Shown one piece after another: positions 1-13,583 of a stretch of DNA of 64,000 nucleotides (its first letter is position 1; each line of letters begins with the position of its first letter). Both the position numbers and the translations under genes were made by a program. Source of the stretch: Flaccisagitta enflata. Taxonomy: Eukaryota. The DNA lies in contig OZ231126.1 in NCBI GenBank assembly GCA_965153355.1, positions 2,914,001-2,978,000 on the forward strand, written 5' to 3'. The notes below the pieces were generated by a model. It was not told where the DNA came from. It saw nothing but the letters and a program-made list of their open reading frames with translations, and did not search any database.

Positions 1-110
1 ATCGATTGTGAACCGTCATAAAGTTGAACACACTTCTTTGCCTACCTACACATATCTGCCTAAGATTCCATTTTGTTTTCTATCCACACTTGTTTCCTGC
101 TTCGTCGCAG

Positions 111-398
111 CTGAAAACAACTCTTTCCGCGTTGGAAGCGGCCAATGAAAGCGCGGCAGAAGACGGTGAAAAACAACAACAAATCCAACAACAACAACAA
201 CAACAACAGCCGCCAACGTCTTCGTCATCAGGCTCAGTAGAAGCGCCCGTGGAGAGAGCACCGCGAGGAGGTGAAGGTGGAGAAGGGGAAGAGAAGGAAC
301 CGATGATAGCAAAAGACTGTCTCAATGTGGGAATGGAAGTGATCGAGGAGGGAGAAGAGGAAAATGGGGAAGAGGAGAAAGTGAAACCGCAGAAGTGA
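111..398 (+). CDS. Terminal coding exon of an OATP/SLCO paralog (rest of gene lies left of the window)
   Basis: Acceptor ttcgtcgcag|CTG at 110/111, reads LKTTLSALEAANESAAEDGEK...KVKPQK*. Nearly identical in protein to exon 39988-40257, which splices onto an unambiguous OATP. Confidence 0.8.
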   Translation: MKTTLSALEAANESAAEDGEKQQQIQQQQQQQQPPTSSSSGSVEAPVERAPRGGEGGEGEEKEPMIAKDCLNVGMEVIEEGEEENGEEEKVKPQK

Positions 399-3300
399 AG
401 ACTATGAAAACAGTCTTGGAAAAAATATGTCCTTCTTCAATGGAACGTACCAACCTACTGTCCGTGTATTATTGCCTCAATGATCTATTCGACGCGTGAG
501 TTCGTGTTGCCGATTTGTTTACATTTTTTGCTTGATTGATTGTTCTTTTAGTCTGAGTGATTCATTGTTTGATTTTTTACCGTGTGTTTTTGTCACTGAT
601 TGATTTCTTTCGATTGTTGTGTTGGTGTGAGTGTTAAGTGTGTTGGTACGAGTGTTAAGTGTGTTGGTACGTGTGTTAAGTGTGTTGGTACGAGCGTTAA
701 GTGTGTTGGTGCGAGTGTTAAATGTGTTGGTGCTAGTCTTGGTGCAAGATGTGGGCGAACCACCTGTTCACAAAATGTCAGTCAGTGGCCATTCATTGCA
801 ACGACATAATTGACAGCTTGGTCCATCCACGGACAGCTTGGTACAACTGACTGACTGATTGGTCCATCAACTGACTGCTTGGTGCGTCAATTTAAACTGA
901 CTTGTCTGGACCAACTGACTGCTTGATCAGTCAACTAACTGCTTGGTCATTCACTGACTGCTTGCGCCGTCCATCAAAGGAATATGGAGGAATCACATTT
1001 TGCTGATTTCTCTCTCGCGCGCGCGCATTCACATTTCCACTTCTAGCAAGTTTTAAAAAAGAATTTTAATGATAAACCGATTATGAAATCTGAATTTCCT
1101 CTATGCCACTCTCATGACATTTTCTTCAACTATCCGTGTTTATAGCATGATAATTTTTTTATCTTTTAGAGGTTTAATGTAACGAGGTGAAAACGTTTTA
1201 TGTTAAACTAGATTATTTAACAGTTAGTACAGGTCATGCCCCTTTAAACGGTTATTCACTGATTGATCTATTTGTTTTCTGATTCACTGATTGATTTATT
1301 AGTTTTCTGTTCGCGTTTTTGAATCCGCGGTGCAAGGGGGAGGGGGTGTTCAAAGGTTGTGCTCAAGTTTTCTCTTGTTTATAAGTCGCGCAGTAGCTAC
1401 TAGCGACTCTATGGAAGTCTTTGTCTGTCCTTCGGTCGGTCCGTTGCTATGTTGGTCCTTAATGGACAAATTGAAAGGTGTACAAACGAGCATTTAACAT
1501 GCTGCGCGCGTGTTGGGGGACGTGGAAAGAGTTGTGCGTCCCTGTCCACCCGCCCGCGACGATATTGTAACCCCGCGTTACTTGTTGACAAGCTGCAGTT
1601 GAGACGAAGTAAAATGGCTTGGGAAGACTTTTTAGGTGCGACAAAGCACCTCTATAACTGGCTGTGTCCGTTGGTCGTTTGGTCGATTGGTCTGTCTGTT
1701 GGTAACGCATTTGTTCGACGATCCACACGTCGCACCTTATTGGCCTACTTGGCCTTGTTTTTTCCTTATCAACATTTACTAATAATCATTTTTTCTTTAA
1801 ATCAAGTAGAGCATTTATTTGTCATTCTTTGCATCCTTCCCAATTGATCAAAGATCATGTCTGTTTTGTTTTGTTTTTTTTCTCATCATGTTTGTTAATT
1901 CTAACACACACAACTTTTTGTGTGTGCTTTTCATGATTTTCAACTTTTCACTTTTTTGTATCATGGTCAATAAGTATATTTCCATTGACTGTTTATTATC
2001 CATGTTTCCTATTTACAAGTTGTTATAGCACGAATTTTTCGCAATAACAAGCGGTTTAGCATATGGGAAACTACTGATTTTTTTATCTAATGTACTGTCG
2101 ACTTGGGAAACTATTGATTTTTTAATCCTATGTACTGTCGACTTGCTTCATGGCACATTCGGGAGTGTCAATATGCAAATGTTTTTTTTAAATAAGATTT
2201 TATATTAAATAATATTTTAAATTAAATTTCAAATAATTTATAATTGTTAAAATTTGATAATATTAAATCTTTATTTAAATTTCCATTTATATATGAATTT
2301 CATTAATTTCATAATAAATCATAGTAATAATGTAATTAAAGTATATAAAGATTTTGGTACTTCTGCATATTAACACACCCAAATAACACATTTTCAGTTG
2401 CGGCTGCGCAACTCTATACGAGGCTTTGTCCATCCGTTGGTCCATCCATCTGTTGGTCAGTCAGTTGGTCCAGGGTCATGTAAACGATAAATGTAAAAAC
2501 GAGCCTTATAGATAATTCTTGAGTGTGGGAGTTGGGGTAGGGAAAAAGGGTTGGACACCCCTGCCAACCCGTCCGCAATAATGTTGTAACCCCGCGTCAC
2601 TTGTTTGAAAGTGAGTAGGGGCTGTGGTTATCCAGTGGTTTGAAATTTTATTATGTAACGATGTCCGACAAAATCATATTGTTATTACAGAAAGTCATTA
2701 ATACTACAAGGATGCATTCAGATATTTTTCAAGTATAAATCAGAAATTTCCAATAACGCTCAAGACACTACAGTATGTCTATCGCTCATCTACAAGAATC
2801 AAGTTCACTGTAGCAAAATACCAGTGGTATCTAATCAATGGGCCGCGTTTAAGCTCAGCTGCCACTGCTATATATATAACTGATCCTAAAAGAGTGAAAT
2901 CTATCGTTATTATCATCCAATCCATCCATTTCAAAGTGATTCAGATTCTTTGTTATTCCCCCCATTTCACAACCCCCCCCCCAAAAAAAAAATCTTTAGG
3001 TTTTATTATTTTGAATTGATAAATAAACTTTTGTAAAATTTGCAGTAGAAGCTAATTTGGTCGTAATTCCCAAATTATTACTACTACTAGTAAAATATCA
3101 AAAGGAATCCATTATCTGATGTTAAAATTGACGTTAAGGACTAATGGATGAACCTGATAAATCTTAGATGAAGATTAGTTGATGTTACCTGTTTGTTGGG
3201 AATCCTTTGGTCATCGTTAGCTTAGCGTAACAAGTTTTTCTCAAAGGCCGATTTTTCTCTGTCTTTTTTGATGTCATTAGAATTTCATATACTGAACTAT

Positions 3301-4337
3301 TTCCTTTTCATGATTTTATCCTGAGACCAGTCAAGCAAATCAGTATGATTTACTAACAAGCAATCTGGCATACACTTTTTAGTCGCGTGCACGCGACTCT
3401 ATAACTTGTTAATCAGTGTCACCATAAGCTTACTCGGCGTTTAGAGGCGATACTTGCATGACTGCTCCTGCCTTAATGCTTTGGTTAGCCTTTTTATCGC
3501 TGCCCCTGCCCACTCGCACGCGATTTTGGTATCCGTTCATCCGGCCTTGTAAGGCGCGTGCACCAGTCGTTCTTTCGGTTCACTGGCATGGCAAGTCCGT
3601 TACTTAATCATATTGCAAGTGGTATCTGCATCAATGCCACTGCCCAATTGTTAGCTACCAGGTCGCAAGAAGTGCCCTTAGTTAAGCATGCCAATCGACC
3701 TCTTCCCCGAAGTTGCTAGTTAGGCCATTCAATAATGCATAGCACAAGAAACGAAAATAAAACGAATCAATTAAAACGAATAAAATCGCTTATAATTTAA
3801 CAGGTTAAAAAAAAACCACAAGAAAGGCATTTTAGTGAAAGAGGAAAGGGGGGGGGGGAAAGAGATGATTCGACTAGGCAGTAAATTGTGACTTGATAGG
3901 GTTGCGCCACTTCTGACGCAAGGCCCAGTATTATCTAATGTGAAAGGTATATATATATCTGTTAAAAGGTGCAATCATTTCACTTGTCAAAGTTTTTCAT
4001 CGTAAATGATTTAAAACAAATCTGAATACCCTAGACAGCACAATCGATAGTTCACATTCCATTTCCACGAAACATTAATTACCATTAATACGGATTAATA
4101 ACAGCGCCGCGGATAGGCGCGGATAAAGCTCAATTGGGACACCGAAACCCGAAGGAACAATTACAATTATAATTGCTTCTTGTAATTATCAAAAATCCCA
4201 ATTTGTATATCTAGACCATATTAATCATGACGGTTCCTATATCCTTTTCTCGATTAAGAAACGCTTTATCCACTGACCGCATTAACACTGAATGTAACAT
4301 TTCATTTTTAATTGCCTAATACTAAATTAACAGACCG

Positions 4338-5310
4338 ATGGACGAACTAGCGGACGAATGGACAAACCAGCGGACGAATAGACAAACCAGCGGACAAATG
4401 GACAAACCAGCGGACGAATGGAAAACCAGCGGACGAATGGACAAACCAGCGGGCGAATGGACAAACCAGCGGACAAACGGACAAACCAGCGGACAAATGG
4501 ACAAACCAGCGGACGAATAGACAAACCAGCGGACAAATAGACAAACCAGCGGACGAACGGACAAACCAGCGGACGAATGGACAAACCAGCGGACGAATGG
4601 ACAAACCAGCGGACGAATGGACAAACCAGCGGACAAATGGACAAACCAGCGGACGAATGGACAAACCAGCGGACGAATAGACAAACCAGCGGACGAATGT
4701 ACAAACCAGCGGACAAATGGACAAACCAGCGGACAAATGGACAAACCAGCAGACGAATGGACAAACCAGCAGACGAATGGACAAACCAGCGGGCGAATGG
4801 ACAAACCAGCGGACAAACAGACAAACCAGCGGACGAATGGACAAACCAGCGGACGAATGGACAAACCAGCGGACAAATGGACAAACCAGCGGACAAATGG
4901 ACAAACCAGCGGACAAATGGACAAACCAGCGGACGAATGGACAAACCAGCGGACAAATGAACAAACCAGGGGACGAATGGACAAACCAGCGGACAAATGG
5001 ACAAACCAGCGGACAAATGGACAAACCAGCGGACAAATGGACCAACCAGCGGACAAATGGACCAACCAGCGGACAAATGAACCAACCAGCGGACAAACCA
5101 GCGGACGAATGGACAAACCAGCGGACGAATGAACAAACACGCGGACGAATGAACAAACACGCGAACAAATGGACGACAAACCAGCGGACAAATGGACAAA
5201 CCAGCGGACAAATGGACAAACCAGCGGATAAATGGACAAACCAGCGGATAAATGGACAAACCAGCGGACGAATGGACAAACCAGCGGACAAATGGACAAA
5301 CCAGCGTACA
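4338..5310. repeat. 20-bp minisatellite (ggacaaaccagcggacgaat)n, roughly 45-50 units
   Basis: Direct tandem repeat; only ~4 units at the paralogous site 45403-45480. Explains all the long repetitive ORFs here. Confidence 0.95.
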
Positions 5311-5516
5311 TATGGATGACTGGACGGACAGGATGAGGCTTTATTCAGACATGCGCATGGGCGCATCAAAAAATGGTTCACTAATTTTATAAGTAGTATA
5401 ACGAATGGACGAACAGTCTAACATTCAATAATCATCCATTATCAAGTCAATCAAAAAAGCGACTACAAATGAAATATAATAGTTTGTTAACAATCGCCAT
5501 ATATAACTTGATTACT

Positions 5517-7420
5517 CTAGGACCAGAGGCTGGGCTTCATCTGCCAAAGCATCAACGATGCTTCGTTAGTCTCTGAATTTTCTAGTCTTTGTCTCGATCC
5601 ATTGATGCTGCTGCTGCCACTGCTGCTGCTGTTGCTGTTGCCACCACCACCACCAAAGGCGCCGCCACTACCACCACCACTCCCAAGGGTGGCGTCACTG
5701 TCATTACCGTTATACCAAGAGCAATAACCATCTCCGCCGCTGACAACGAGAAAGGTTCTTTCCTCGAACGACGCCGAAACGACGCCGGCGGCGGTCACTT
5801 TCTTACGGCGCCGCAGCGAATTCGGATCGGCGTCACTCGTCGACTGAATCGAGGATGACGTCATAGAGGCGTTCATTCGATTGTTGCTGTTGTTGTTGCT
5901 GTTATTTCTAGTTCCAGCGCCGCCGCTTGAGTCACCAGTTATTACAAGTTTATTACTGTTATTGTCGTTTTGATTATTATCACAAGGATTAACGAGTTCA
6001 GTTTGACGCCGACGAGAAACGGGTGAGTCTGAAGCCGTAGAAGCGGAGAGAGTGACGCCGTCGGAGACAGAGGACAGAAAGCGAGGATCGGAAGCGGAAG
6101 CGGAAGCGACGCTGCCGACAGCGGAAGCGGGTTGATGAGGAATGGCGGAGGCGTTGGAATGGTGAAGATCGACCGAGTTGGAGGATTCCGACGCTCGACG
6201 AGAGTGCGTCGTCGAGGAAGATGGAATGCGTCCTCCACCGGAAGTGCCGCCGGAAACGGGATAATCGACGTCGACGTCATCGTCGACGCCGTTGCCGCCG
6301 ATAAAGTTTTCGGACACAGTCGGCAGCAAAAACGGCGAAGGAGGCACGCTGCCGGTGAAGCTAGTTTGTGACACGACGCTGTCGACGCGGCTCGTCCTCG
6401 CCGGCGCCTCGACGCCGCCTCCGCCGCCGGTGCGGGAGGAGGAGGAGGCGGCGGCGGCGGAAGCTCGTGATGGCGTTGGCGTGGAGGCGGCGGCGACGAT
6501 GGAAGGCGGCGTGGAAATATCGGAAGCGACGGAAACGGATCGTTGACTGGAGTGGCCGAAGTGTCCCATCATGACTGATTGAGAGAGGATGGACTGACGC
6601 GCTTTACGGATCGACTGACGAGCGTCTCGGGCTTTATCGCGGGCTTTCTTTTTGACAGTGGAATAAAGAGAAGCTTCGTTGCCAGACGCGGCGCCTGTGA
6701 GTGGGGAAGAGCAAGCGGGAAAAAGAGTTAGGTAAATTGTAAGGCTCAAACTCATGTGATTGAGGGGGAAATGAGCAGGTTAGAATGAGGTGAGGTTTGC
6801 TAAACGACACAATTTCATCTCAAAAGATCGAATCAAGTCAACTGCAGGCGCAGTAAAGAATCCAAAAGCCCACCCAAGCTGTTGCGATGCTTGTTGCGGT
6901 GGTTGTTGTTGTTGTGGTTGCTGTTGTTGTGGTTGCTGTTGTTGCATGTGGTGGTTGTTGTGGTTGTTGTTGCTGTTGAGGTTATTGTTGAGGTTATGGT
7001 TGAGGTTGTTGTTGAGGTGGCTTTTGTGGTTGTTGTTGCCACTCCATGAAGTGGCAGTTTCCCAATTACCATACGCTAGACGTTCAGTAGGGGTTCCGTT
7101 CGGTCTACCAAAATTCTTGGCAGATTTTTACCTTGAGCGGCGGCTGGTTTGACGGGAGCGCCTCTGACGAAGGCGTCTTCGGAAGCAGCTCCTCCTCCTC
7201 CTCCACCTCCTCCTCCGGCCAACAGATTCTCGTGCGATGAGCCTCTCCGATTGTTGAACTGATTATTCAAGAGTGCGTCGTTGCACGTGGCTTCAGCCGC
7301 CTCCACGTCCAACACGGCACCTCGCATTAATGACTTGTATAGGAAGGAGACGTCTCGTTCACCAGGACGAGGTAAGACGTCGTCTAATAATGCCGTGAAT
7401 GAGGCGCGGGAGGATGAGTG
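5517..7420 (-). pseudogene. 5'-truncated ARHGEF10-like copy (partial exon 7420-7132 and exon 6694-5517)
   Basis: Same protein as 48558-48267 and 46849-45681 (...LVVSGGDGY...LMLWQMKPSLWS*). Donor CAAG|gtaaaa at 7132, acceptor tcacag|GC at 6694. Homology breaks ~23 nt inside the penultimate exon and no upstream exons are visible. Confidence 0.7.
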
Positions 7421-7467
7421 AATTAGCCAATTGCTACTTTGGTTGAAAGGAACTTTGGCCACGAATA

Positions 7468-7559
<92 letters not shown>

Positions 7560-7722
7560 CGATTTTTAAAGTCCCATTGTTTTGAGTTTACATAGTAGGC
7601 AGTTCGTACTTTGTCGGCGGTTTGGCACTTGGCTACATAATAACATCAGGCGCCGGGGTACGTCGGGCTCCTCGCTACATGGTAGAATGAGGAGCTGTAT
7701 TCAGTTTGTTTTGTGTGTGAGC

Positions 7723-7822
<100 letters not shown>

Positions 7823-8526
7823 CAGACAGACAGGAAGACAGACAGGCAGACAGGAAGACAGGCAGACAGACAGACGGAGAGCGGACAGACCAAGACAGAT
7901 CTTTTTAAAGCCTAATATTTTAGATTTACGTGGTTAGCAGTTCGTACATTGTTGAAGGTTTGGTCCTTGGCTACATAATAACATCAAGCACCGGGGTCAG
8001 TTGGGCTCCTGGCTACATAATTTGGAAAAAAGTCGAAGAGACGAAGTCCCTTCGGTCTTTTTGAGTCCTGCAGAGAAAAACGGATTTCCCTTTGTTTTAT
8101 GAGGCGTTTGAGCAAGTTGGTGCATTTTTCGGGCAGAATGGGACTACGCATGAAATCAATAGCTAAGAAAGAGCTAATTCTCCTCTTTCAGATGACGCCA
8201 AGCAGAATTCTGTGCGATTGATAGTTTTGGAGCTATGATTTTTTTAATCTTTTTATATTTTTTCGCATTTTTTTCATTTTTCCCAAAAACAAGGAATCGA
8301 GTTAGTTGAAGTATATTTGAACTTTGAAATGTCCCAGGTGATGATTGTGCATCCTGGCAGCACAGTCTCTCTCGCATTTCAACTCTGGATGCTATGAGAG
8401 GCTTTGTCTGTCAGTCCATCCATTGGTCTGTTGGTCCGTCTGTCCGTCCGACAACCAGACAACCAGACAAAAAAACAATCACAAGAAATTCCAAAACCTC
8501 GCACTTACGACTTTTTGGCGATTTCC

Positions 8527-8768
8527 AAGAATTTTTTGCCGTCTTTTGTTTTTTTCGGAATCCTCCGCCAAAGCGAAGCTTTAATACGAGCTGATTCGGA
8601 CTGTAACATGTAAAACCTAACCCACCCTAGCCCTAATGCTAGCCCTAGCCCTAACCCTAACCCTAAAACAAATTCCAACCCTATCCCTAACCCTAACCCC
8701 ACCCCTAACCCTAAAGCAATAGACCGCTTAAAAAGACATATAAACAAAAGACGGCAAAAAATTCTTGG
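8527..8768. repeat. Inverted-repeat element enclosing degenerate (TAACCC)n telomere-like repeats
   Basis: ccaagaattttttgccgtcttttgttt (8527) is the reverse complement of aaacaaaagacggcaaaaaattcttgg (ending 8768). ccctaa/ccctag hexamers at ~8614-8714. Confidence 0.75.
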
Positions 8769-8882
8769 AGAATACCGACTTTTTTCCTACGGCGAGAGCC
8801 GCCTTTATTGGTAACATGAGGAGCTGTATTCAGTTTGTTTTGCGGGTAGCCTATGAGAGTATTAGATTACAAAAAATGTCCC

Positions 8883-10080
8883 TTAAGTCTGAGTGGAAGA
8901 AGAAACTGGTCGCTGCACAGGCAGGAGAATATCTAAAGGGCTGCGGTAGGAACGATTTACTTTACGTTGACTCGGACTTAGTATTATCTGTAGATTCTCA
9001 GCTTCCTTTTCTTTTACAAGCTCCGAGACAAGCGGATTACTTGCCTTCATCTTTGCAATTGTTCTCCTGCCTAGTTGAAGCAGGCGATCCTTTATGGTAG
9101 GAAGACAAGAGTTCTCATGTAGGAGCTTCAGACTGACATACCTTGGTAGCCGCAGACAAACCCGGATAGCCTTGTTTTGCACCTTCTGCATTATGTCAAA
9201 CAGATCATTTGGACAGTGAAGGAAGCTGATAGATCCATATTCAAAAATTGATCTAATATATATTTTGTAGAGTCGCAGTAAAATTTTTGGTTCGGTCCTA
9301 CCCCATGCTAATATTCTAAGGATATTCAGCCTTTTTTCCGCTCTTTGGGCTAAAGTCTGAATATGATCTCTGAAGCTGAGGTTGTTGGTTACCTCAACAC
9401 CCAGAAATTTTGCCTTAGATACTGGCCTCACTACATCATTAAATAGGAGAATGCAAAGATTTTCATTTTGTTTTTTCCTTTTTTTGCTGAGAATGACCAG
9501 ATTTGATTTGTCACCATTTAACTTCATCCGCCACTTTCTGCACCAACTCTCAATTTCATTTACAGCCCTTTGCAACTTTCGGACAGCAGTCATCTCATTC
9601 GGTCCAGTGCAGCATATCGCTATATCATCAGCAAATTGGAACTGAGAGGCTCCATTATTTTCACCAGTTGGGAGGTCATTCACAGATATGATGTAGATGA
9701 GTGGGGACAGGCAGCTACCTTGAGGTGTCCCAGCCCTTAGGTTGATGACCCTGGAGGAGAGCCCATTTTCAACTACTTGTAGTGTTCTATCTGTAAGAAA
9801 TGAGCTGAGAACTCTGACTAATCTGTCTGGGAGGCCAAGCATTTTTTTGAGTTTGTATCTGATGCTATCGTGCCAACACTTGTCAAATGCGGCTTCTGCA
9901 TCTAGGAACAAGCTAGCTGTGACTTCTCCTGCTCTAAAACCTTTATGGGTCTCCTCGACAAGTCTCAACAGGTGGTCTGAGCTCATTTTACCTTTTCTAT
10001 AACCACTTTGGTTTTTGTTAAACATTCCCTGACTTTCAAGGAACTTACTTATCCTGCCTGCGAGCAGTCGCTCACAGGCA
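8883..10080 (-). mobile_element. 5'-truncated non-LTR retrotransposon (LINE) reverse transcriptase
   Basis: RT motifs NQSGYR, LFLDAEAAFDKCWH, GTPQGSCLSPLIY, QFADD, KFLGV, followed by YIRSIFEYG...QNKAIR. The ORF begins where YRPISL would be expected, with no endonuclease domain. Probable 3' UTR pieces recur at ~7600-7713, 7937-8020 and 8811-8880. Confidence 0.9.
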
Positions 10081-11718
10081 GGAACTGATCTGTCCATCCA
10101 TACGTTCGTAATTCTCTCTCTGCTGCTCCTTTCTTATTCTCACATTTTCAATCTTAGGAGCATTGGGTACCGCTGACCATCAAATGATTTTGTGACTATT
10201 CCTTCCTATCTTCTTGCATTCTCCCTCATATTGAGACTATTTTGCCACTATTTCCGGTTTGATACTGACCACCGCCAATTCTGAATTATCAATTATTATT
10301 ATTATCCAAACTTAGCAGTCAGCAAGGTTCAAGGCTAACCATTTTCTGCAAAAAAAAACACGCTTACAAGCCATAGTTTCCGGTTTGAACAGAATAATTT
10401 AATGAGAAAACAAACAAAAAATGAGTTGGGACTACAGCATTTCATGCATTAGGGCGTGCGCTCGTAACGGTTCCGTCAAAGCGGGTCTACACTGTACATG
10501 GATTTGGATGCACCGTGCACGGCAAATATTGAAATGACAGAAATTTCGCCTGATTGCTACTCGAAAAAAAAAAGGCATTTCATTTCTTCTATACATGACA
10601 TGGTAAATATTTTAATGCAATGCACAACATCGATTAACTTGGCAACTTCATTGCCAAAGTTGAAAATGAACTATAAAACCGGGTCATTCACCTCAGTTGT
10701 CGGATGCTGTCCTGCTTTATTTGTCAAAGTTGCTAGGAACCATTGATTGACTTTTTTTTTGTGTCAAAATTCCTTCACGGTGGGTCAAATAGCTTGTATT
10801 TTATGCGGATTTGAAGCAAAATCTTTGTTTTCTTCGCGGAGCAAAATAGACATTCGAATTAAGAAATTTTCCCTCCATTATATCTCCATCACAGATACTA
10901 TCTAGAACATATGTTTGTCGGCAAGCATTGTGGGACATATCTCTCCTCAAATAAAGAAATTTATATGAAAGTCAGTGAGATTCTGAAACTACATCAAATT
11001 TCTGAGCTAACGCCACCACCCGCATTCTTCTATCTCAGTTCATTTAGAAATGACAAGTAAAACAAGATTGCTACTCCAAATACAAAATGGCAGAAAATAT
11101 GAGATTTCATTTCCTTTCAGTTACGGCACTTGGGAAAACCTCATTTTTCAACCATTTCAGGATTTTTTTTGCTGCTTGAGTGATGGCAAAGAGTAGTCAT
11201 ATCATGTCTTCACTCCCTCTAAACCCGGTCTCTTGACAGATACTTTTATGGAGACAGTTACAGAGATGGGAGCACAGACCATAAAGCATGGGCTGAAAAA
11301 AATCTGCACTCAAGTTGTGAAGGGAGATGGTGTCATTCTACTTCAAAATACCTCTACAAAAGCGTATTAGTTTAATTAATGAAATACGTTGATGTCCATA
11401 AGACTCAAAGAAAGTCTCACATGTGTCTCATTGATGTTTTCTGAATGATTTGATGGATACAAAACCTGATTCTAATCTTGCCGACCAGGTGATAAAGTGC
11501 TCAGTTACTAAAAAAAGATAAACCTTTAAAATCCATGATGGTTTCAAAGAGCTTCAAAATATCTTTTATGTAAGCTTCCACAGAACATTGTAGCTTCAGT
11601 ACTTTAGAAATTATGATGCTTTAAAGACAACCACTCAGAAATCTCAAAAGGATTCAAAATACTTCATTTTCACCTAACATTTTGTACCAGTAATTTGATT
11701 TGTTTATACTACCGAATA

Positions 11719-12313
11719 CTATCTAGGAAAAAAGTTTGGCGACACTTAGGGTTGGCAGTATGTTTCCCTCCTCATATGCTCAAAACTTGTGTATCTGATC
11801 GTTTTTTAGTTATTTTTGTATTCTTACTAACTAGAACAAAAGAGAAAAATAATCTTCAATCCAATTAAGGGACCGCGAGATTGGTTTGTTTATCACAACT
11901 AAGAAGTGGATGTGGTAATAATAGTAGATTTTGGTCATTTTGGCTGCAAATTTGAGCTACTTCCCTTTCAAAATCTGACTGAAAATCCATGAGATTATAA
12001 AACTGGAGCTCAAGAGCTTACCAGTGGTGCAATCCGCATGTTATTGTCATATCTTAGTAAAATTTGAGAGCATTTCAAAGATAGAAGGGTAGAAGAAAAA
12101 ATGAATTCTACTTTTTTTTGGCATTTTTGAAAGTATATGATCAATTTTAAACACATGGCATTTCTAAACGGTTTGACACACAGAGACGAGATTGCGCTCA
12201 GATTGTAGATTTTTTGACGTAGATTAAAATGCTCATAAATTTTATTTACTTATCTCAAAGGGAAGTTAAGCTATCTCTTGTTAAAGGTGTCGCCAAACAT
12301 ATTTCCTAGGTAG
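11719..12313. mobile_element. ~595-bp MITE, TA target duplication (Tc1/mariner-type)
   Basis: TIRs ctatctaggaaaaaagtttggcgacac / gtgtcgccaaacatatttcctaggtag with flanking TA. Second copy in opposite orientation at 41469-42063. Confidence 0.9.
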
Positions 12314-12818
12314 TATATTAAACACAGAAATTTGCTTTCATTGGCGATCAAGAAAATGGGTGTTGAACTTCAATCTTATGTCATTTGAAAACGACTTAAG
12401 CTAGAAAATTTTGCTTGGCCTATAATTGTAGTTTTTAAAGCTCTTTAAAATACTTATGAATTATGAACATGAGCAAGAAATCACTTCACTGCAAGAGCTT
12501 AGTTTTGGGGTATAGATGGAAAATATTTTTTAGGGAATAGATGGAAAATATTTTTTGGGGAATAGATGGAAAATATTTTTTTATGGTTCTTACGGTAAGC
12601 TTTTTTCGCGCTCTTTTTCTTTCTATTTTTCAGCGGACTTTTCTATTCATAGTTTTCTTTGTTTACAAAAGAAATCAAGGAGTAGAATGCCATGGAAACC
12701 ACCGGACACAACTCCATCAAATGCGTATGAGAGAAAGTATGAGAAGTTTCTACCTAATAAAAAACTGAGCACTCCATATTCATTTTGGCCATTGTTAGTA
12801 AGCAATCGGAACAAGTGT

Positions 12819-13516
12819 TCATAGTTGTGTCGCGAAGCCTTTCAGATATTTCAAAATTGCGTTTGTGCGATTCATTCTTTCTTTTTCTTTTTCTATTTGT
12901 TCTTTCGTGTTTTCATAAACGCGCAGATTTACAACGGCACATGAACTATGAAATTTCTCAAATAAACTTCTTGAATCTCTATCGAGAACCACACGAAAAG
13001 CGACGTCCTCGTCCTCTGATCTGCGCCGTGACCATGTCATGAAATGGTTTGCGCTAAGTTTCTTTCGCTCTTCTTCCGTAAGAATATTACCCAAATCTTC
13101 TATGACGATTGGTTTTCGATCAACCGCGTCAACGGTAATGGAATACGCGGTGGCGAGTTCGTCCAGTTTCTCAGCGACATCTGCCCGGAGTACGGGAATC
13201 CTTTCAACGGAGTTGCGGCTTCCCACTAAATAGAATTATGTACATCAATAGTGAGGATTTTTCTTGGTGATTTTCAGGGAAAATAGGTAGATACATCAAA
13301 ATGGTGAGAAATGAGTAAATTCTTGGTGTAATGATAATTATATGATCTGATGCATGAGGACAAAATCTTTGTCATTGAAGTCGGCTGAACGAAATGAGAC
13401 ATTATCTAATCGACAGCAAAACAAAACAATGGAAACCACTTCAAGGATGATAATAGAAACAAAAACACATGAAAGTAGGATATGGAAAAGCAGCAACAGG
13501 GTAAATGATGAGAATG

Positions 13517-13583
<67 letters not shown>

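Larger units (their letters stand above)
1..7420. repeat. Segmental duplicate of ~39900-48560 (OATP last exon, intergenic DNA, last two ARHGEF10-like exons)
   Basis: Colinear similarity by eye: 111-4330 vs 39988-45400, 5320-6694 vs 45480-46849, 7132-7420 vs 48267-48558. Similarity stops abruptly after gaggatgagtg at ~7420. Confidence 0.95.

Noticed and set aside
620-745. 21-bp tandem (gagtgttaagtgtgttggtac) ORFs, also at ~40480-40605
   Set aside because: Short minisatellite in the probable OATP 3' UTR with no coding evidence.
4322-5381. Long ORFs on both strands (up to 344 aa)
   Set aside because: Products of a stop-poor 20-bp minisatellite that is nearly absent from the paralogous site.
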